Assembly (NCBI GenBank): GCA_965228735.1
Contig: OZ245838.1
Coordinates: forward strand, 3,904,001 to 3,968,000
DNA: 64,000 bases
From: Planctomycetota bacterium
GTDB taxonomy: Bacteria; Planctomycetota; UBA1135; UBA2386
Direction of reading: 5' to 3'
Shown piece by piece: positions 58,315-64,000 of the stretch. Position 1 is the stretch's first letter. The number at the start of each line of letters is the position of its first letter. Under the pieces are notes generated by a model. It worked only from the letters and a program-made list of their open reading frames with translations, searched no databases and had not been told where the DNA came from. Position numbers and translations under genes: made by a program.

Positions 58315-60261
58315 ATGATCACGAGAGTCCTTGTTTCGTGCGCCGCCCTCGCCGCGCTCTCCCCTGCCCAGAACAACTCGAACCTGCCGCGCGGTCAGGA
58401 GCCCGCCACGGTAACCCAGGGTCTGTTCGACAACGACGCCGCCCGTACCGACGACGTCGGCTTCAATCAGGTCGACATCTGCTCGCCCAAGGAGTTCCTG
58501 CCGGCTGCGGGCGGCTTCGTCGCCACCTCGCGCCTCGTCTACGCGCTCTTCCCCGAGATCGACGGCAACGGCGACGTGATCTTCCAGGTCCGCCGCAGCA
58601 TCACGGGCGGCCGCACGTGGGAAGCACCGGTCACGATCTACACCGCCGACACCGCCGGCGGTGAGGATCTCAATACCGGCGACGAAGGCACGCACCTCTA
58701 CTGCTACGAGAACAAGGTCTACGCGACGATCCAGACCAACGCGCACGACAAGACCCAGATCGGGCAGACGCTCTGGTGCATCGCGTCGGACGACCAGGGC
58801 CAGACCTGGTCGGCGCCGCTGCTCGTCAGCACGGGCGTGCTGTTCGACGTCGACGACGCGGTCGGCGCCGCCTCGTCGAGCGGCCTGCATCTCGCGTGGG
58901 AAGCCGACGACCCGACGTTCACCAACGAGAACCTGCTCTACTCGAGCGTCGACATCAACGGCGGCGTGCTGTCCGTGGCGGTCCCGGAGACCGCGCTGAC
59001 CAACTACACCGGCCAGTCGGACGTCGACCTGCCCAACATCGACGCGCAGGACGACGTCGTGCTGATCGCCTGGCTCGACGACGACGCGAGCTACAACAGC
59101 GTCGCGCCGAGCGGCAACGTCACGGTCTCGGTGCACTCGTTCGATGCCGGCGCGACGTTCAGCACGCCGTTCGTCCACAGCGGCAACACGCCGGGCACCT
59201 TCCCGCTGGCCTGGGCTTCGCCGCGCCGGCCGTTCCCGCGGCTCGACCTGCCGTTCGGCTACGTCTTCCAGGAGGACTCGCGCCTCGACGAGGACGACCT
59301 GTGGATGGACCGCGCCGACGTCGACACCTCGACGCAGACGTTCAACTGGTCGGTCTCCGGCGTGCAGTGCAACTTCACGTCGATCGGCGCGGGTACCGGC
59401 GACATCGACGGCATCTCGGTCGAAGCGCGCGACGGCATCATCGCGATCATCTACCGCGACGACAGCGCCGGCATCCCGCTCGACAACTCCAACGAGACCT
59501 ACATGGTGGTCGACGACGCGTTCGGCTTCGAGTTCATCGCCGGCACGGCGACGAACCACACCCTGACCGGCACCAAGGCCAACGGCTTCGGCCAGGTCGA
59601 GGTCGAGATCGCCGGCAACGTGATCGCGACCGTGTTCGAGCACCAGCCGAGCGCCGATGACGGCGTCCTGGTGTACAGCACCGACCGCGGCAACACCGTG
59701 ACGGCCGACGTGTTCACCGACCTCGGAGGCGGGGGGACCAACTCGGTCGACATCGACAATGAATACGTCGCCGTCACGCTCAACGGCGACATCAACATCA
59801 TCTTCGTCGACAACGAGGCCGGCGCCAGCACGGCGAACTCGACCAACACGTCGTACACGACGGGTATCAAGGCGATGAACGGCACCTACGATGCCGCCAG
59901 CCAGACCTTCACCGTCGAAGGCATCGATCCGACCCTCGCCGCCACGAGCCAGGCCTTCCTCATGGCCTCCACGGGGACCGCGCCGGGCACGGACCTCAAC
60001 GCCTACCTCAACAACGGCGCGCCGGGCAGCGGGTTCTTCGTCGGCCTGCAGCAGGACCTGCTGTGGTCGCTGCTCTGGGCCAACCCGCTCCCGTACTTCG
60101 TGCCGATCTCGAGCACCGGCACCGCGACGATGAACAACGTCCTCAACGGCACGGCGATTCTCGGCCTGCCGGTCTACCTCGCCGCCGGCACGCTCGATTT
60201 CAGCAAGCTGCCGGGTGACGTGCTCGATCCGGGCAGCTTCACCGATCCGGTCGTGCAGTAG
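58315..60261 (+). CDS. Secreted acidic BNR/Asp-box beta-propeller protein
   Basis: Signal peptide; RSITGGRTW, ASDDQGQTW, HSFDAGATF, YSTDRGNT. Confidence 0.75.
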   Translation: MITRVLVSCAALAALSPAQNNSNLPRGQEPATVTQGLFDNDAARTDDVGFNQVDICSPKEFLPAAGGFVATSRLVYALFPEIDGNGDVIFQVRRSITGGRTWEAPVTIYTADTAGGEDLNTGDEGTHLYCYENKVYATIQTNAHDKTQIGQTLWCIASDDQGQTWSAPLLVSTGVLFDVDDAVGAASSSGLHLAWEADDPTFTNENLLYSSVDINGGVLSVAVPETALTNYTGQSDVDLPNIDAQDDVVLIAWLDDDASYNSVAPSGNVTVSVHSFDAGATFSTPFVHSGNTPGTFPLAWASPRRPFPRLDLPFGYVFQEDSRLDEDDLWMDRADVDTSTQTFNWSVSGVQCNFTSIGAGTGDIDGISVEARDGIIAIIYRDDSAGIPLDNSNETYMVVDDAFGFEFIAGTATNHTLTGTKANGFGQVEVEIAGNVIATVFEHQPSADDGVLVYSTDRGNTVTADVFTDLGGGGTNSVDIDNEYVAVTLNGDINIIFVDNEAGASTANSTNTSYTTGIKAMNGTYDAASQTFTVEGIDPTLAATSQAFLMASTGTAPGTDLNAYLNNGAPGSGFFVGLQQDLLWSLLWANPLPYFVPISSTGTATMNNVLNGTAILGLPVYLAAGTLDFSKLPGDVLDPGSFTDPVVQ

Positions 60262-60362
60262 CCCGACCGTTCCGCCGACTCGCCGGCCGGCCCCTGATCC
60301 CGGGCCCGCGGTCCTGGGATTTCAGGGCTTGCGGGCCGCGGCGTCTGGTTCGATGGCACGGC

Positions 60363-61844
60363 ATGCCCGCCGCCGCCGTCCCGGAGCTCCGCATCACCGC
60401 CGCCAACGACTGCTCCGTGCGCGGGGACGGCGATCACGTCCTCTACTGGATGATCGCCGCGCGTCGGGCGCAGTACAACTTCGGCCTCGACCGCGCGATC
60501 GAGCACGCCCGCGAGCTCGGCAAGCCGCTCATCGTGCTCGAGGCGCTGCGCACGGGCTACCGGTGGGCGAGCGACCGACTGCACGCGTTCGTGCTCACGG
60601 GCATGCGCGACAACGTCGACGCGTTCGCCGACTCGCCGGTGCGATACTACCCCTACGTCGAGCCGGATGACGGTGCCGGCAGCGGCCTGCTCGAGGAGCT
60701 CGCGAAGGCCGCTTGCGTCGTCGTGACCGACGACTTCCCGTGCTTCTTCCTGCCGCGGATGGTAGCGGCCGCGGCCGAGAAGCTGTCCTGCCGCCTCGAG
60801 AAGGTCGACAGCAACGGCCTGCTGCCCGTCGCCGCCCCCGGCGAGAAGGTGTTCTCTCGCGCCGTCGACCTGCGCCGCTGGTTGCAGAAGAACCTCGCGC
60901 CGCATCTCGACGAGACGCCGAAGGCGCGACCGCTCGCCCGCCTCGACCTGCCGCAGGCGCACGTGCCGCAACCGATCCTCGACCGCTGGCCGGAAGCGAC
61001 CAAGGCGCTGCTGGCGGGGGACCGCGACGAGCTCGCCGAGCTACCGATCGATCACGACATCGCGCCGGTCGCCGGCATCACCGGCGGCGCGGTCAACGGT
61101 CGCCGTCACATGCGCACGTTCCTCGACGACCACCTCGGGAGCTACGACGACGACCGCAACCACCCCGACAAGGGCGGCGGCAGCGGGCTGTCACCGTGGC
61201 TGCACTTCGGTCACGTCTCGGCGCATGAGCTGTTCCACGAGTTGACGAAGCGCGAGGACTGGTCCACCGACGACCTCGGCGACCAGCGCCGCGGCGGGCG
61301 CGACGGGTTCTGGAAGATGAGCGCGCCGGCCGAGGCGTTCCTCGACGAGTTCGTCACGTGGCGTGAGCTCGGCTTCAACTTCTGCGCGCGCGTGCCGGAC
61401 TACGACGAGTACGGCTCGCTGCCGGATTGGGCGCGCAAGACGCTGCGCGAGCACGGCGGCGACCCGCGGCCGCACGTCTACTCGATCGGCGAGTTCGACA
61501 ACGCCGAAACGCACGACCCGATCTGGAACGCCGCCCAACGCCAGCTCCGTCGCGAGGGCCGCATCCACAACTACTTGCGCATGCTCTGGGGCAAGAAGGT
61601 GCTGCACTGGACCGAGACGCCGCAGATCGCCGCCGAGATCCTCATCGAGCTCAACAACCGTTACGCGCTCGATGGCCGCGACCCCAACTCCTACAGCGGC
61701 ATCTTCTGGGTGCTCGGCCGATTCGATCGCGCTTGGGGGCCCGAACGGGAGGTGTTCGGCAAGGTGCGCTACATGGCGAGCGATCGCACGAAGGCCAAGA
61801 TCCGGATGAAGGAGTATCTCGAGGAGTTCGGCGCGGAATCCTGA
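60363..61844 (+). CDS. Class II CPD DNA photolyase
   Basis: VLYWM, SGLSPWLHFG, THDPIWNAAQ, IHNYLRMLWGKK, NNRYALDGRDPNSY, DRAW, FGKVRYM. Confidence 0.93.
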   Translation: MPAAAVPELRITAANDCSVRGDGDHVLYWMIAARRAQYNFGLDRAIEHARELGKPLIVLEALRTGYRWASDRLHAFVLTGMRDNVDAFADSPVRYYPYVEPDDGAGSGLLEELAKAACVVVTDDFPCFFLPRMVAAAAEKLSCRLEKVDSNGLLPVAAPGEKVFSRAVDLRRWLQKNLAPHLDETPKARPLARLDLPQAHVPQPILDRWPEATKALLAGDRDELAELPIDHDIAPVAGITGGAVNGRRHMRTFLDDHLGSYDDDRNHPDKGGGSGLSPWLHFGHVSAHELFHELTKREDWSTDDLGDQRRGGRDGFWKMSAPAEAFLDEFVTWRELGFNFCARVPDYDEYGSLPDWARKTLREHGGDPRPHVYSIGEFDNAETHDPIWNAAQRQLRREGRIHNYLRMLWGKKVLHWTETPQIAAEILIELNNRYALDGRDPNSYSGIFWVLGRFDRAWGPEREVFGKVRYMASDRTKAKIRMKEYLEEFGAES

Positions 61845-61916
61845 TTGCGCGCAGGGGCGTAGATCGGGACAGTCGGTCGCCCAATCTCGTCCCCCCAGAA
61901 TCAGATCAGGAGACTC

Positions 61917-63167
61917 ATGCACCGCCAGCTTCTTCTCGCCCTGGCAGCGATGTTCACGTTCACCTTCGGAGCCGTGGCTCAGGAGGATCCGCCGCAGGCG
62001 CAGACCACAGCGCAGACGAACGGTGATTACATGGCGAAGGAGGAGCTCAAGCTCCGCCTCAAGCCGATGCGACTCGCGCAGGTCGAGGTCGAGCTCGAAG
62101 CCTGGCTCGGCATCCTCGAGAGCAAGACCCGTGAGATCGCGACGAACCAGATCGCGAACAACAACGCGCCGGCGCCGACAGCGGATGACGAAGCCGCACA
62201 GATGGCGATCGTGGACCGTGTCGAGGTGGTGATCGATGCGTATCGGAAACGCGGTGCGGACTCGGCGAAGATCGAGACCTACGAAGCCTACGTGGCTTCC
62301 GCGACCGGCGTCGAGATCGACTCGGGTGACATCGCCGGCCTGGTCAACTACGCGAAGGACTGGCTGGTTTCGCCGACCGGCGGCATCGAGCTCGCGCTCA
62401 ACATCGTGTTCTTCCTGCTCACGATCATCGCGTTCCGCATCCTCGCCGGGATCGCGGCGCGCATCGTCCGCACAGCGGTGTCACGCATGAAGAAGACGTC
62501 GGAGCTGCTGCGCGACTTCTTCGTCACCGTGACGCGTCAGATCATCAACATCATCGGTCTCGTCGTCGCGCTCTCGGTGCTCGGCATCGAGGTCGGGCCG
62601 TTCGTCGCCGCGATCGGCGCCGTCGGCTTCATCGTCGGTTTCGCGCTGCAGGGCACCCTCGCCAACTTCGCGGCCGGCATCATGATCCTGGTCTACCGCC
62701 CGTACGACGTCGGCGAGGTCGTGACCGTCGCGGGCAAGACCGGCAAGGTCGACGCGATGTCGCTCGTGTCGACGACGCTGCGCCTGTTCGACAACCAGGT
62801 CGTGATCATCCCCAACGGCTCGATCTGGGGCGACGTGATCCAGAACGCGACGACCGAGGACACGCGCCGCGTCGACATGACGTTCGGCTGTGGCTACGAC
62901 GACGATCTGAAGAAGGTCCAGAGCGTGCTCGAGGACATCATCAACAACCACGAGAAGGTGCTGCAGGACCCGGCTCCCGTGGTCAAGCTGCACGAGCTCG
63001 CCGACTCGTCGGTCAACTTCGTCGTGCGGCCGTGGTCCAAGACCGCCGACTACTGGGACGTCTTCTGGGACGTCACGCGCACGGTCAAGGAGCGCTTCGA
63101 CGCCGAAGGGCTCAGCATCCCGTTCCCGCAGCGGGACGTGCACATGCACGAGGTCAAGGCCGACTGA
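61917..63167 (+). CDS. mscS: Small-conductance mechanosensitive channel with periplasmic N-terminal extension
   Basis: GFALQGTLANFAAG, RPYDVG, IPNG, RRVD, ELADSSVN, IPFPQRDVH. Confidence 0.92.
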   Translation: MHRQLLLALAAMFTFTFGAVAQEDPPQAQTTAQTNGDYMAKEELKLRLKPMRLAQVEVELEAWLGILESKTREIATNQIANNNAPAPTADDEAAQMAIVDRVEVVIDAYRKRGADSAKIETYEAYVASATGVEIDSGDIAGLVNYAKDWLVSPTGGIELALNIVFFLLTIIAFRILAGIAARIVRTAVSRMKKTSELLRDFFVTVTRQIINIIGLVVALSVLGIEVGPFVAAIGAVGFIVGFALQGTLANFAAGIMILVYRPYDVGEVVTVAGKTGKVDAMSLVSTTLRLFDNQVVIIPNGSIWGDVIQNATTEDTRRVDMTFGCGYDDDLKKVQSVLEDIINNHEKVLQDPAPVVKLHELADSSVNFVVRPWSKTADYWDVFWDVTRTVKERFDAEGLSIPFPQRDVHMHEVKAD

Positions 63168-63194
63168 GTCGGCCGACCACCCGCCCGAACGCGA

Positions 63195-63228
63195 AACGCC
63201 CGCTGCGTCGATCGACGCAGCGGGCGTT
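63195..63228. terminator. Perfect 34-bp palindrome, probable bidirectional terminator
   Basis: AACGCCCGCTGCGTCGATCGACGCAGCGGGCGTT between convergent genes. Confidence 0.7.
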
Positions 63229-63265
63229 CTCGTTGGTCCTTCCGGCCCATGGCCGGGAGGAACGA

Positions 63266-64000
63266 CTACAGCCAGTTGATCAGGAGCGGCGCCGACAGCG
63301 TGAACGTCGCCAGGTCGCCGGCCTGCATCTTGGCGCCGAAGCCGCCGAAGCCACCCGGGATCTGGATCAGCTGACGCGCGAAGCCCTCGGGATCCGCGAG
63401 CGGCAGCAGCACGCCGAGCGCCGGGATGTTGGGGTAGTACTCGTCCCAGCTCGGGCCGAAGAACGTGCCGAGCGGGCTCACGGGCAGGCGACCCGGGAAC
63501 AGACCCGGCGCACCACCGAGGAACTCGAGGTCGAACACCAGGACGACGAAGCCGTTGGGCGTCGCGCCGCTGATGTCGATGTTGAAGTCCGCGGGCGTCG
63601 TGCCCTGGAACACCGGGAAGGTGTCGCAGTGCATCGCGTTCGGACCCTGCGGCGAGCTGAACTGGAACGCGATCGCCGACGGGTTGCGCGGGTTGGGACC
63701 GCCGAAGCCGCCCGCGAGACCGAAGGCCGCAGCACCCTGGAGCGGGACACCGTTGACCGACGGGACCACGCCCGGCGTCGAGTTCGAGGGGTTGTTCTTG
63801 GTGCTGACGAGGCCTTCGTCGGCGTTGTCCTGGTTGCACAGCCACAGGTGCGGCATGGTCAGGTTCGTCGTGCTGCTCGTGTAGGTGCCGCCCGTCGGAT
63901 CGAGCGCGATGCCGAGCAGGTCGCTGTTGGCGTTCGTGCCGCCGAAGCTGTAGCCGGCGTTGGTGAAGATCGCGAGCACCTCGGCTTCCGTCAGGACGAT
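63266..64000 (-). CDS. C-terminal part of a probable secreted protein (starts outside window)
   Basis: Open frame to the window edge; Gly/Asn/Thr-rich; ends ADPEGFARQLIQIP...QAGDLATFTLSAPL. Confidence 0.7.
   Translation of the reverse strand: MVLTEAEVLAIFTNAGYSFGGTNANSDLLGIALDPTGGTYTSSTTNLTMPHLWLCNQDNADEGLVSTKNNPSNSTPGVVPSVNGVPLQGAAAFGLAGGFGGPNPRNPSAIAFQFSSPQGPNAMHCDTFPVFQGTTPADFNIDISGATPNGFVVLVFDLEFLGGAPGLFPGRLPVSPLGTFFGPSWDEYYPNIPALGVLLPLADPEGFARQLIQIPGGFGGFGAKMQAGDLATFTLSAPLLINWL

Noticed and set aside
60295..60320. TGATCC-N16-GGAT upstream of the class II photolyase as a regulon promoter
   Set aside because: Lacks the CGAA element shared by the other seven sites

Overview
High-GC chromosomal DNA, most likely from an uncultured Planctomycetota lineage. 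This assignment is an inference from the prenyltransferase/squalene-oxidase-repeat proteins, WEWDG Kelch protein, DUF1080, GSDH and HEAT proteins. About 55 genes are supportable, plus tRNA-Phe(GAA). There is no CRISPR array, prophage or intact transposase. The main discovery candidate is a light/singlet-oxygen stress regulon. Its proposed sensor is a globin-like (photoglobin-type) plus CarH-type B12-binding protein with no DNA-binding domain, divergent from a triple-fasciclin / SigK-like ECF sigma / RskA operon. A promoter motif (T/G)GCA(T/A)C(C/T)-N15/16-CGAA was read directly upstream of seven transcription units: two fatty-acid modification operons, fasciclin-sigma, nhaA, dps, an FeS (6-4) photolyase and sodC. 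Other notable signals are a family of REP-like intergenic palindromes (core RTACSGWACCCG), two TonB-like-anchored prenyltransferase-fold paralogs bracketing an NsrR/truncated-hemoglobin cassette, a shared C-terminal domain on four secreted proteins, and gene remnants beside the tRNA. All product calls come from motif recognition by eye; no database searches were run.
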